From: Candidatus Marinacidobacterium sp.
Lineage (GTDB): Bacteria; Acidobacteriota; Vicinamibacteria; Marinacidobacterales; Marinacidobacteraceae
Assembly (NCBI GenBank): GCA_965220965.1
Contig: OZ244852.1
Location: 64,001-128,000, forward strand
Direction of reading: 5' to 3'
DNA: 64,000 nt
Made by a program: the position numbers and the translations under genes. Shown piece after piece: positions 43,819-53,008 of this stretch. The notes under the pieces were generated by a model. That model saw nothing but the letters and a program-made list of their open reading frames with translations. It made no database searches and had not been told where the DNA came from. Positions within the stretch are counted from its first letter, which is position 1. Each line of letters starts with the position of its first letter.

Positions 43819-45891
43819 TTACTGCGGTTCTCCGAGGAATACCGGCTCCGGGTCCACCAGCTTCACCGCCCAGAGCCCCGAATGGTGGTCCGCGAGAAAG
43901 ATGTGGCCCTTGTAGGGCTGTGGACCCCAGACCATGGCGGAGTTCGGGATGAAGCTCTCCGGGTCCTCCGGCAGGAACGCCGCGATCTCGCGGCCCTGCC
44001 GGTAGAGATCCCCGCGCAGTTCGCCCGAGATGTCCACGACGCGCAGACCGCCGTTGTAGTAGCCGATGTAGAGGATGTCGTCCTCGACCCACAGGTTGTG
44101 GGTCCCCGCCTCGGGGACCTGGTAGCGGGCCACTTCGACCGGCTCCTCCCAGTTGTCCCACTCGAAGATGTGGATCCAGCCGGCGGCGCGATCCGGCGTG
44201 CCCGGCTCGCCCATCGTCTGGTAGGGGAACGCCTCGTCCCCGCCGATCATCAGGAACTTTCCGGTGGACTCGCTGCGGTAGGGGAAGGCGGCGTGGTTCC
44301 AGCCGCTCGGGTAGGGAGTGCTGCCGAGCAGGACCGGGTTGTTCGGCGCGCCGCCCATGCCGCCGCCGCCCACATCCACCGCCACGACGCCGTCGCTCCA
44401 GTTCGAGGAGTAGGCGATCCCCTCGTGGACCCAGACATCGTGGATCGAGTGTCCCGGGGTGTCCAGTTCGAAGCGGCCGACCCGGTAGGGGTTCGCCGGA
44501 TCCTCGGCGTTCAGGATGTCGTAGCGGCGTCCCGCCGAGAGCGCGTAGATGTGCTCTTCGGCGATGAAGACGTTGTGGACGCCGCCGCTCAACTGATCGT
44601 CATAGCGGGTGATGACCTGGACGCCGTTCTGCGGGTCGCTCACATCGAGGATCACCAGCCCGTTCTTGCGGTCCGAGGCGCCCTCGCGGCTGATGACCGC
44701 GAACATCCCGTCCTCCGAGACCTTCACGTCGTTCACGGTCCGGGCGTCCACCCGGACGGTGTCGATGAGGGCCATCGAGGCGGGGTCGGTCACGTCCCAG
44801 AAGTAGGCGTGTCCATCCGCGCCCCAGGTTCCGGTCACCGCGTAATCGCGTCCGTCCGGGCCTTCCCAGACCCACAGGTCCGAGGTGTGCCGGTCCCGCA
44901 CCGGCCCCTGTCCGACGACCTCGACGTCCTTCCTGACGTTCCGGGAGACGACGCTCAGCGTGGCCGACGCCGAACGGGTGAAGCCGTCGGCGATCACGGT
45001 GTGGGTTCCGGAGCGCTCCGCGACGAAGGCCCCGTCGGCGCCGACCTGCCCGATGGCCCCCGGGGCGATGATCCCGTCCGCCGGGACGCCGTGGGTGGCG
45101 AACTGGACCGGGTAGTGCGGCACGGCGTTCCCCGCATCGTCGAGCGCCGTCGCCTCGAAGAACACCACGTCCCCGGTGCGCACCGGGTCGGCGGCGTTCG
45201 GGTCGGGCCGGGCGCTCAGCGCGATGGAGGCCACCGGGTTGTCCTCCACCACGAGCGCCTCGGTTCGGGTCGCGGCCTCCGCGGTCGCCGTCAGGTTGGC
45301 GCTCCCCGCCCCGACGAGCGTGAGGACGCCCAGCGGATCCACCGTGGCGACGCCCGGGTCGCTCGTCGTCCAGACGATCTCCACGTCATTCCGGACGGCG
45401 CCGGAGACATCGGTCACCACCGCCTCCAGCGCGATCGCGGTGCCGGCGTAGAGCCGCTCGGGGAGATTCGCGGCCTCCACGCTGGCCACCGGCGGATTCG
45501 GGACCGTGACCGGGATCTCGACGAGGACCGCCGGCTCGGAGCGCCGATCGGCGTTCTCCGGGTCCCTCGGGACCATCGCGATCAGGGTGTGGTCGCCGGG
45601 CCGGTAGGCCTCGACGACCCCCGCCGGGTTCACCCCCACGGATCGCCGCGCCCTGGAGAAGAACACGACGGTGCGGTCGAGCGAATTGCCGTCAGCGTCC
45701 CGAACCTCCGCCTCGAGGACCAGTTGGTCCCCCACCTCGAGCGTCAGCTCGGCGGGAGTGACAACGAGCTCGGCGGGCTCCGGCCCGGCGGCCGCCGCTT
45801 CTTCCTGGGCGGCGGCGCCGGTCGACAGCAGGAGCCCCGCCAGCGCGGCGGCGGGCAGGGGGAAACGGGAGAGTTGATGCGTCCGGGTCAT
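43819..45891 (-). CDS. Secreted Ig-like (Big_2) + LVIVD-repeat beta-propeller protein, paralog 1
   Basis: Signal peptide; WTTSDPGVATVD Ig motif; GLVILDVSDP and GLRVVDISG repeats. Confidence 0.8.
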   Translation of the reverse strand: MTRTHQLSRFPLPAAALAGLLLSTGAAAQEEAAAAGPEPAELVVTPAELTLEVGDQLVLEAEVRDADGNSLDRTVVFFSRARRSVGVNPAGVVEAYRPGDHTLIAMVPRDPENADRRSEPAVLVEIPVTVPNPPVASVEAANLPERLYAGTAIALEAVVTDVSGAVRNDVEIVWTTSDPGVATVDPLGVLTLVGAGSANLTATAEAATRTEALVVEDNPVASIALSARPDPNAADPVRTGDVVFFEATALDDAGNAVPHYPVQFATHGVPADGIIAPGAIGQVGADGAFVAERSGTHTVIADGFTRSASATLSVVSRNVRKDVEVVGQGPVRDRHTSDLWVWEGPDGRDYAVTGTWGADGHAYFWDVTDPASMALIDTVRVDARTVNDVKVSEDGMFAVISREGASDRKNGLVILDVSDPQNGVQVITRYDDQLSGGVHNVFIAEEHIYALSAGRRYDILNAEDPANPYRVGRFELDTPGHSIHDVWVHEGIAYSSNWSDGVVAVDVGGGGMGGAPNNPVLLGSTPYPSGWNHAAFPYRSESTGKFLMIGGDEAFPYQTMGEPGTPDRAAGWIHIFEWDNWEEPVEVARYQVPEAGTHNLWVEDDILYIGYYNGGLRVVDISGELRGDLYRQGREIAAFLPEDPESFIPNSAMVWGPQPYKGHIFLADHHSGLWAVKLVDPEPVFLGEPQ

Positions 45892-45927
45892 GAAGCGCCC
45901 CTTGCGACCGCCGCCAGCGGTCCGGAT

Positions 45928-47997
45928 CTATTGCGGTTCGCCGAGGAACACCGGTTCGTGGTCCACGAGCTTCACCGCCCAGAGTCCCGAGTTCATGTCG
46001 CTCAGGAAGATGTGCCCCTTGAACGGTTGCGGGCCCCACGTCATCGGGGCGTTCGGGATGTGGCCCTCGGGGTCCTCGGGGAGGAAGGCCGCGATCTCGC
46101 GGCCCTGCCGGTAGAGGTCCCCGCGGAGCTCGCCGGAGATATCGACGACCCGCAGCCCGGCGTTGTAGTAGGCGATGTAGAGGATGTCGTCCTCGACCCA
46201 CAGGTTGTGGGTCCCCGCCTCGGGCACCTGGTAGCGGGCGACCTCGACCGGCTCCTCCCAGTTGTCCCACTCGAAGATGTGGATCCAGCCGGCGGCGCGC
46301 CGCGGGGTGTCCGGCTCGCCGATGACCTGGTAGGGGAACGCCTCGTCGCCGCCGATCATCAGGAACTTGCCGGTGGACTGGCTCCGGTAGGGGAAGGCGG
46401 CGTGGTTCCAGCCGCTCGGGTAGGGGGTGTTGCCGAGCAGGACCGGGTTGTTCGGCGCGCCGCCCATGCCGCCGCCGCCAACGTCCACCGCGACGACGCC
46501 GTCATTCCAGTTCGAGGAGTAGGCGATCCCCTCATGGACCCAGACATCGTGGATCGAGTGTCCCGGAGTGTCCAGCTCGAAACGGCCGACCCGGTAAGGG
46601 TTCGTCGGATCCTCGGCGTTCAGGATGTCGTAGCGCCGCCCCGCCGAGAGCGCGTAGATGTGCTCTTCGGCGATGAAGACGTTGTGGACGCCGCCGCTCA
46701 ACTGATCGTCGTAGCGGGAGATGACCTGAACGCCGTTCTGCGGGTCGCTCACATCGAGGATCACCAGCCCGTTCTTGCGGTCCGAGGCGCCTTCGCGGCT
46801 GATGACCGCGAACTTGCCGTCCTCGGACACCTTCACGTCGTTCACGGTCCGGGCGTCCACCCGCACGGTGTCGATCAGGGCGATCGACGACGGGTCGGTG
46901 ACGTCCCAGAAGTAGGCGTGCCCGTCCGCGCTGTGGGTCCCGGTGACGGCATAGTCCCGTCCGTCGACGCCCTCCCAGATCCACAGATCCGACGTGCGGC
47001 GGTCCCGGACCGGGCCCTGGCCCACGACCTGGACGTCCTTCCGGACGTTCCGGGAGACCACGCTCACCGTCGCCGAGGCCGACCGGGTGAAGCCGTCCGC
47101 GATCACGGTGTGGGTTCCCGGGCGTTCCGCGACGAACGCGCCGTCGGCGCCAACCTGCCCGATCGCGCCGGGAGCGACGATCCCGGCCGCCGGGACGCCG
47201 AGGGTCGCGAACTGCACCGGATAGTCGGGAACGTCGTTGCCGTCGGCGTCAACCACGGAAGCCTCGAAGAACACCACATCGCCGGTGCGCACCGAGGCGT
47301 CGGGAGCTCCTTCGAGCGTGATCGAGACCACCGGGTTGGCGGCCACGGTGATCGCCGTGTCGTGACTCACCGCCTCCGCCGTCGTCGTCACGGTGGCGCT
47401 GCCGGGGCTCACCAGCTCGAGAACGCCGAGCGCATCCACGGTGGCGACCGCCGGGTCGCTCGAACTCCAGCCGACCCCCACATCGTTCCGCACCGCGCCC
47501 GAGGTGTCGGTCACCAGCGGCCGCAGGCTGATCGCGGTTCCGGCGTAGAGGTGGCCGGGCATGTTGGCGATCTCCACCGAGGCCACCGGCGGGTTCGGGA
47601 TCGTGACCGGGATCTCGACCTGGACCGCCGGCTCGGCGCGCCGGTCGTTGTCTTCCGGGTCCCTCGGAACCATGGCGATCAGGGTGTGCTCGCCGGGGCG
47701 ATAGGCCTCCACGATCCCCGCCGGGTTCACTCCGACCGCGCGGCGACGGCGGGAGTAGAACACCACGGTCCGGTCCATCGGGTTGCCTTCCTCGTCGCGC
47801 ACTTCGGCCTCGAGGGTCAGGCTGTCTCCGACCTCGAGGGTGAGTTCGTCCGGCGTGACGATGAGCTCGGCGGGCTGGGGCCCGGCGGGCTCTTCGCCTT
47901 CCTCCTGGGCCAGCGCGAGCCCGGGGACGAGGAGGAGCGCCGCGGCCGCGGCCGCGAGGCCCCGGAGACGGCGGGAGGTTTCGTGCTGTTCGGTCAT
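45928..47997 (-). CDS. Secreted Ig-like + LVIVD-repeat beta-propeller protein, paralog 2
   Basis: Closely similar to paralog 1; ATG 47997 with GGAG RBS. Confidence 0.8.
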   Translation of the reverse strand: MTEQHETSRRLRGLAAAAAALLLVPGLALAQEEGEEPAGPQPAELIVTPDELTLEVGDSLTLEAEVRDEEGNPMDRTVVFYSRRRRAVGVNPAGIVEAYRPGEHTLIAMVPRDPEDNDRRAEPAVQVEIPVTIPNPPVASVEIANMPGHLYAGTAISLRPLVTDTSGAVRNDVGVGWSSSDPAVATVDALGVLELVSPGSATVTTTAEAVSHDTAITVAANPVVSITLEGAPDASVRTGDVVFFEASVVDADGNDVPDYPVQFATLGVPAAGIVAPGAIGQVGADGAFVAERPGTHTVIADGFTRSASATVSVVSRNVRKDVQVVGQGPVRDRRTSDLWIWEGVDGRDYAVTGTHSADGHAYFWDVTDPSSIALIDTVRVDARTVNDVKVSEDGKFAVISREGASDRKNGLVILDVSDPQNGVQVISRYDDQLSGGVHNVFIAEEHIYALSAGRRYDILNAEDPTNPYRVGRFELDTPGHSIHDVWVHEGIAYSSNWNDGVVAVDVGGGGMGGAPNNPVLLGNTPYPSGWNHAAFPYRSQSTGKFLMIGGDEAFPYQVIGEPDTPRRAAGWIHIFEWDNWEEPVEVARYQVPEAGTHNLWVEDDILYIAYYNAGLRVVDISGELRGDLYRQGREIAAFLPEDPEGHIPNAPMTWGPQPFKGHIFLSDMNSGLWAVKLVDHEPVFLGEPQ

Positions 47998-48047
47998 GGC
48001 TTCGTTCTCCACGGCTGCTTCGCTGCTGCGTACTTTGCCCGGGCGTC

Positions 48048-49166
48048 TCACGGTTCGCCCTTCCAGTAGATGATTCCGCCGGCCTGCTTGCCGACATCCA
48101 CCCGTCCGACGCGCTCGGCGGCGGCCACGTCGTAGACCTCGACCGTCCCCGGTTCGCCGCCGATCCCCTCCAGGGTCACGATGGCGTACCGGTCGTCGTC
48201 CGTCACGACGACGCCGTGGGGAACGCGCCGGGTGGTCTCGGGGGCCGCGATGAGCTTCCCGGACTCGAGGTCCCAGAAGCCGATCCGGTGGCCCGACTTG
48301 TAGGTGGCGACGAGGCGGCTTCCGTCGGACGTGATCTCGAGGTTGTAGGGGTTCTCCCCCGGCCCGGCGTCGAACCGGCGGGCGACCTCCCAGGACTCGA
48401 GGTCCACCTCGTAGATGGCGCTGTCGCCGTTGCCCGCGACGTAGACCTTGCCCTGCGGGGAGGGCTTCGTGGCCCAGGTCGGCTTGACGACCGGCATCCG
48501 CATGCCGCCCATGTCTCCCATCCCGGCGTGGCCGGCGTGGGGGTCCGGAGGATCCGTGCCGAGCGCCAGGCGGCGGGCGATCTCGAACCGCAGCGCGTCG
48601 ACCTCCACCAGCTCGTCATCCATCATGTTGACCGAGTAGAGCCGGGTGCCGTCGCCGTTCATCCGCGCCCCGTGGGGCATCACGCCGGTGTCGATCGTCG
48701 CGACCTCGATCATCGTGCCCGTCTCCACGACCGAGATCGTGCTCGGCACCATGTCGCCGTGGAGGTTGAAGTTCACGATGTAGAGCAGCCCGGTGCTCGG
48801 GGAGATGTCCATCGTGGCCGGGAACATGCCGAGGGTGGCGTCTCCCATCCATTCGTTCGTGCCGGTCTCGTACTTGTGGACCGAGCCGAAAGGCATGCCG
48901 TGGGCGATGGAGAGGAACCAGTACCGGCCGTCCGGCGAGATGTTGATCCCGTGCGGACCCTCGGTCTCGGTGGGGAAGCTCCCCACCGCGATCTCGTCCA
49001 CCTCGGTCGTCCCTCCGGGTCCGAAGCGGATCAGGTGCACGGTGTCGTCGGACTCGGCGCACACGTAGACGAAGTAGTTCCGCTTCGGCGGCTCGAGGTC
49101 CTCGGCCAGCGCCGGCGCCGCGAGCGCCAGCGAGACCGCCAGAAACAGCGCGCGATGTCCGGTCAC
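48048..49166 (-). CDS. Secreted YncE/YVTN-like beta-propeller protein
   Basis: GTG coupled to the upstream stop; signal peptide; PHG repeats; His/Met-rich loop. Confidence 0.78.
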   Translation of the reverse strand: MTGHRALFLAVSLALAAPALAEDLEPPKRNYFVYVCAESDDTVHLIRFGPGGTTEVDEIAVGSFPTETEGPHGINISPDGRYWFLSIAHGMPFGSVHKYETGTNEWMGDATLGMFPATMDISPSTGLLYIVNFNLHGDMVPSTISVVETGTMIEVATIDTGVMPHGARMNGDGTRLYSVNMMDDELVEVDALRFEIARRLALGTDPPDPHAGHAGMGDMGGMRMPVVKPTWATKPSPQGKVYVAGNGDSAIYEVDLESWEVARRFDAGPGENPYNLEITSDGSRLVATYKSGHRIGFWDLESGKLIAAPETTRRVPHGVVVTDDDRYAIVTLEGIGGEPGTVEVYDVAAAERVGRVDVGKQAGGIIYWKGEP

Positions 49167-51199
49167 TGCGGTTCTCCCATGTTGCGGGGCGTCTCCGGGT
49201 CGACGAGCTTCACCGCCCACAGCCCCGAGTTCCAGTCGGTGAAGAAGATGTGGCCCTTGAACGGCTGCGGGCCCCACACGAACGTGGCGTTCTTCTTGTA
49301 CCCCTCCGGGTCGGCGGGCTCGAAGAACGCGATCTCGCGACCCTGGCGGTAGAGGTCGCCGCGGAGTTCGCCCGAGACGTCCACCACCCGCAGGCCCGCG
49401 TTGTAGTAGCCGACATAGAGGATGTCGTCCTCGACCCAGATGTTGTGGCTGCCCGCTTCCGGAACCTGGTAGCGCGCCACTTCACGACCCTCGCCGCTCT
49501 CCTCGTCCCACTCGGCGATGTGGACCCAGCCGGCCGCCACGTCGGGGAGGTCGCCGTCGGGGTCGAAGCTCCAGGGGAAGCTTTCGTCGCCGGCGAACAC
49601 CAGCATCTTGCCGGTGGACTGGCTGCGGTAGGGGAAGCCGGCGTGGTTCCACCCGTTCGGATACTTGAAGCTCCCGATCATCTTCGGGTCGTTGGGAGCT
49701 CCGCCGAGGCCGCCGCCCCCGACATCCACCGCGACCACGCCGTCGGTCCAGTTGGACGACCACGCGATCCCCTCGTGGACCCACACGTCGTGGATGCCGT
49801 GTCCGGGGGTGTCCAGCTCGAAACGGCCCACCCGGTAGGGGTTCGCCGGATCCTCCGCGTTCAGGATGTCGTAACGGCGCCCCGCCGAGAGCGCGTAGAT
49901 GTGCTGCTCGGCGACGAACACGTTGTGGACGCCGCCGCTCAACTGGTCGTCGTAGCGCGAGAGGATCCGCACGCCGTCGGTCGGGTTCGAGACATCGAGG
50001 ACGACCAGGCCGTTCCGGCGATCCGAGGCGCCCTCCCGGCCGATCACCGCGAATTTCCCGTCCGGGGAGACCTTCACGTCGTTCACCGTGCGCGCGTCGA
50101 CCCGGACCGTGTCCACCAGGGCGATGCCCGCCGGATCGGTCACGTCCCAGAAGTAGGCGTGGCCGTCGGCGCCCCAGGTGCCGGTGACCGCGTAGTCGCG
50201 GCCGTCGAGCCCTTCCCAGACCCACAGGTCCGAGGTGTGCCGGTCCAGCACCGGGCCGCGTCCGACGATCTCCCAGTCCTTGCGGATGTTGCGGGGGACG
50301 GCCCGGATCGAGGTCCGGGCGGTGAGCCCGCCGCCGGAGACGACGACGGTGTGGAGTCCGGCGCGCTCGGCGACGAAGGCGCCATCCGGCTCCACGAAGG
50401 CGGCGGCGCCGGGCGCGACCAGGTTCGGCGGGGTGCGGGTGAAGACCGCGTACTGGAGGGGGTAGTCGGGAACCGCGTTACCCGAAGCGTCGACCGCCTC
50501 GGCGGCGATCCAGACCACGTCTCCGGTGCGGGCCTCGGTCTGGTCGCTGTTCGCCTCGATCCGGACGGCGGGATTCGGGCTGACCACGAGGTCGGCGCTC
50601 CCGCGCACGCCCTCGGACATGGCGGTGATCGTCGCGGAGCCCTCGCCGTGGAGCATCAGCATCCCGTGCTCGCTGACGGTGGCCACCGAGTCGTCACTCG
50701 AACTCCATTCGAAGTCCGGGTTGCGGTCGGCGCCCGACTCGTCGGTCGCGCTGGCGCTCACGCCGAGCGATGTCCCGGCGTAGAGGTTGGGCGGAAGGGG
50801 GTGGACATCGATCGAGGCGAGCGGCGGCCACGCCACGTTCACCGGGATCTCGACGAGCACCGCGGGCTCGGACCGCCGGTCGCCCGGGCCGTCTCCGACG
50901 GGAACCATCGCAACCAGGGTGTGCTCTCCGGGCCGATGCGCCTCCACCATGCCGGCGGGCGTCACGCCCACATAACGGCGGGCGCGCGAGAAGAAGACCA
51001 CCGGACGGTCCATGGCGGCGCCCGCGGCGTCCCGGACTTCCGCGGTGAGCTGCGCCGTCTCGCCGACTTCGAGGGCCAGCTCGGCCGGCGTCACCACCAG
51101 TTCCGCCGGCTGCTGGGCGGCCGCCGAGGTCGCCAGCGCGGCGAACAGCAGGAGCGCCGCTCCCGCCGAAGCCCCGTAGCGCAGACGTGAGGGACGCAT
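49163..51199 (-). CDS. Secreted Ig-like + LVIVD-repeat beta-propeller protein, paralog 3
   Basis: 3' part of ORF 49163..52612; signal peptide MRPSRLRYGASAGAALLL; same motifs as paralogs 1 and 2. Confidence 0.8.
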   Translation of the reverse strand: MRPSRLRYGASAGAALLLFAALATSAAAQQPAELVVTPAELALEVGETAQLTAEVRDAAGAAMDRPVVFFSRARRYVGVTPAGMVEAHRPGEHTLVAMVPVGDGPGDRRSEPAVLVEIPVNVAWPPLASIDVHPLPPNLYAGTSLGVSASATDESGADRNPDFEWSSSDDSVATVSEHGMLMLHGEGSATITAMSEGVRGSADLVVSPNPAVRIEANSDQTEARTGDVVWIAAEAVDASGNAVPDYPLQYAVFTRTPPNLVAPGAAAFVEPDGAFVAERAGLHTVVVSGGGLTARTSIRAVPRNIRKDWEIVGRGPVLDRHTSDLWVWEGLDGRDYAVTGTWGADGHAYFWDVTDPAGIALVDTVRVDARTVNDVKVSPDGKFAVIGREGASDRRNGLVVLDVSNPTDGVRILSRYDDQLSGGVHNVFVAEQHIYALSAGRRYDILNAEDPANPYRVGRFELDTPGHGIHDVWVHEGIAWSSNWTDGVVAVDVGGGGLGGAPNDPKMIGSFKYPNGWNHAGFPYRSQSTGKMLVFAGDESFPWSFDPDGDLPDVAAGWVHIAEWDEESGEGREVARYQVPEAGSHNIWVEDDILYVGYYNAGLRVVDVSGELRGDLYRQGREIAFFEPADPEGYKKNATFVWGPQPFKGHIFFTDWNSGLWAVKLVDPETPRNMGEPQ

Positions 51200-51396
51200 G
51201 GTCCCGCTCAGCGGACCAGTGACTTTCAACTCGGGCAACATCGGGCGCAACCTCCTGACGGCGACCATCCGGCCAACGGAACATGGTACTTCCTGTTGGG
51301 GTTCCCGCCCAGGGGGCATGGGCGCGCGCGCCGGTTCGCCGCAACGCGGCTCACCCTGGCGAGCGGCGAGAAGGCGCCCGCGGCCGGCGGTGAGAT

Positions 51397-52449
51397 CTAC
51401 CAGATATCCCCGAGCGTGAAGCCCTCGGGGAAGGGGTCCGCCGGGTCCACCGAGTACTGGGCGACGCCGGTGATCCACGCCGTCCCGCTGATCGTCGGGA
51501 CGACCGCCGGTACGCCGCCCACCGTGGTCCGGCGGACCAGGCGGCCGATGAACTCCGTGCCCACCGGACCGCGGTTCACGAAGTCCTCGCCGAGGTCCAG
51601 TTCTCCGCGGGCGTGGAGGGCGGCCATCCGGGCGCAGGTCCCGGTGCCGCAGGGGGACCGGTCGAGCGCTCCCGTCCAGGTCTCCGGCCGGTCCCAATCG
51701 AGGTCTCCGGTGGCGACCGACACCGCGTTCGAGGCGGTTCCGGCGGCGCGGTCCCACGGCCCGGTGAGCTGTCCGATGCTGGCGCGGCGGATGTCCGGGT
51801 TCTCCGGGTGGACCGCCTCGAGCTGCTCCCGCGCCGCCTGTTTCACCATGGCGCCCACCCGGGCGAGCTGGCGGCCGTCTTCCGGCCGGATCTCCAGCCC
51901 GAAGCGCGCTGCGTCGGCGATCGCGTAGAACATCCCGCCCCAGGACACGTCCACTTCGACCTCGCCCAGCGTCGGGATCTCCACCCGAGCTCCCAGATGG
52001 ACCGGGAACGCGGGGACGTTCTCGAACGTCACCCGGGTCACCTTGCCTCCCTCGACCCGCGCCTCGACCGCCACCAGCCCCGCCGGCGTCTCGAGGACCA
52101 GCTCGGTGACCGGTTCCTTCGCCGGGAGCATCCCGGTCTCGAGGAGCGCGGTGACCGTGCACATCGTGTTCGTCCCCGACATCGGCGGGTACTCGGTCTG
52201 CTCCATGATGACGAACCCGGCGTCCGCATCCGGGTGGGTCGGCGGCAGGACCAGATTGCAGTTCGAGGCCGGATAGCCGCGCGGCTCCCGCAGCATCAGC
52301 TTGCGGAGCCCATCGGCGCGCTGCTCCAGGTACTGCATCTTCCGGAACATCGTCTCGCCCGGGACATCGAGCACACCGCCCACGATGACCCGCCCGGGCT
52401 CCCCGGCGGCGTGGAGATCCACCGCGTGGATCACCCGGTTCGTTCGCAT
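51397..52449 (-). CDS. Proline racemase family protein (Ser-Cys catalytic pair)
   Basis: DLHAAGEPGR, REPRG, MSGTNT, DRSPCGTGT, DPFPEGF. Confidence 0.88.
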   Translation of the reverse strand: MRTNRVIHAVDLHAAGEPGRVIVGGVLDVPGETMFRKMQYLEQRADGLRKLMLREPRGYPASNCNLVLPPTHPDADAGFVIMEQTEYPPMSGTNTMCTVTALLETGMLPAKEPVTELVLETPAGLVAVEARVEGGKVTRVTFENVPAFPVHLGARVEIPTLGEVEVDVSWGGMFYAIADAARFGLEIRPEDGRQLARVGAMVKQAAREQLEAVHPENPDIRRASIGQLTGPWDRAAGTASNAVSVATGDLDWDRPETWTGALDRSPCGTGTCARMAALHARGELDLGEDFVNRGPVGTEFIGRLVRRTTVGGVPAVVPTISGTAWITGVAQYSVDPADPFPEGFTLGDIW

Positions 52450-52541
52450 GCCTCGATTCCCCGCCGCCGCTTCGCGGGGGCCATCCTATCCGGGCGCCGG
52501 GGGGTCGCCGGCCCCTCCCCCCGCTGTATCGTTCCGGCCCG

Positions 52542-52826
52542 ATGACGAAGAGCCTTCGAGGCCGACCCCTGCGCCAGGCGGCGTGGCTCGTCGCGCTCCT
52601 CGCCCTGCTCACCGGGCCGGTCGCCGCCGCGGCGGACTGGCACGGGGATCACGAGGCCGAAGTCCACTGCGCGGTCTGCCATGCCGGCCACCAGGTCTCC
52701 CACCTGGCCGCATCGCCCGCCGTCGTCATCGTCCGGACGATCGGGTTCGTCACCGCGGCGCCGGGCGCCGCTCCGGTCGCCCCGACAGCCCGCCGCTCCA
52801 GTCCGGCTCGCGCCCCTCCCGCGTAG
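52542..52826 (+). CDS. DUF2946-like (CruR/CutF-type) leader peptide with CxxC and C-terminal RAPP
   Basis: Signal/TM segment, WHGDHEAEVHCAVCHAGH, ends PARAPPA-stop, directly upstream of a TonB-dependent receptor. Confidence 0.75.
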   Translation: MTKSLRGRPLRQAAWLVALLALLTGPVAAAADWHGDHEAEVHCAVCHAGHQVSHLAASPAVVIVRTIGFVTAAPGAAPVAPTARRSSPARAPPA

Positions 52827-53008
52827 GTCGACCCAGCCGCGCCCGTTCGCCGCTCGGCGGTGAACGCCGGACCAGCCGACGCCCCTGCGTCGCTGCGCGT
52901 CCCGGCGCGCTCCGTTTCCGACCCGCGTCGGATACGCCCCCGGAGCGCGAGGCGCCGTCCCCGGGCGCGGCTCCGACCGCTTTCGTGGGCGACCCTGCTG
53001 GAGCCAAG

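Noticed and set aside
43882-48069. 1395-aa plus-strand ORF with an internal repeat
   Set aside because: Antisense to paralogs 1 and 2; stop-free because of GC3 bias, and the repeat mirrors the duplication
43819-51199. Diversity-generating retroelement acting on the paralogs
   Set aside because: No reverse transcriptase in the window and no adenine-specific template/variable repeat pair seen
51200-52612. Apparent long N-terminal extension of paralog 3, suggesting fusion with the racemase region
   Set aside because: Different frame from the racemase and low complexity; the signal peptide begins at 51199
52660-52690. CAVCH as a c-type heme attachment site
   Set aside because: The protein is too short and low-complexity for a cytochrome domain; terminal RAPP and position before a receptor fit DUF2946 better
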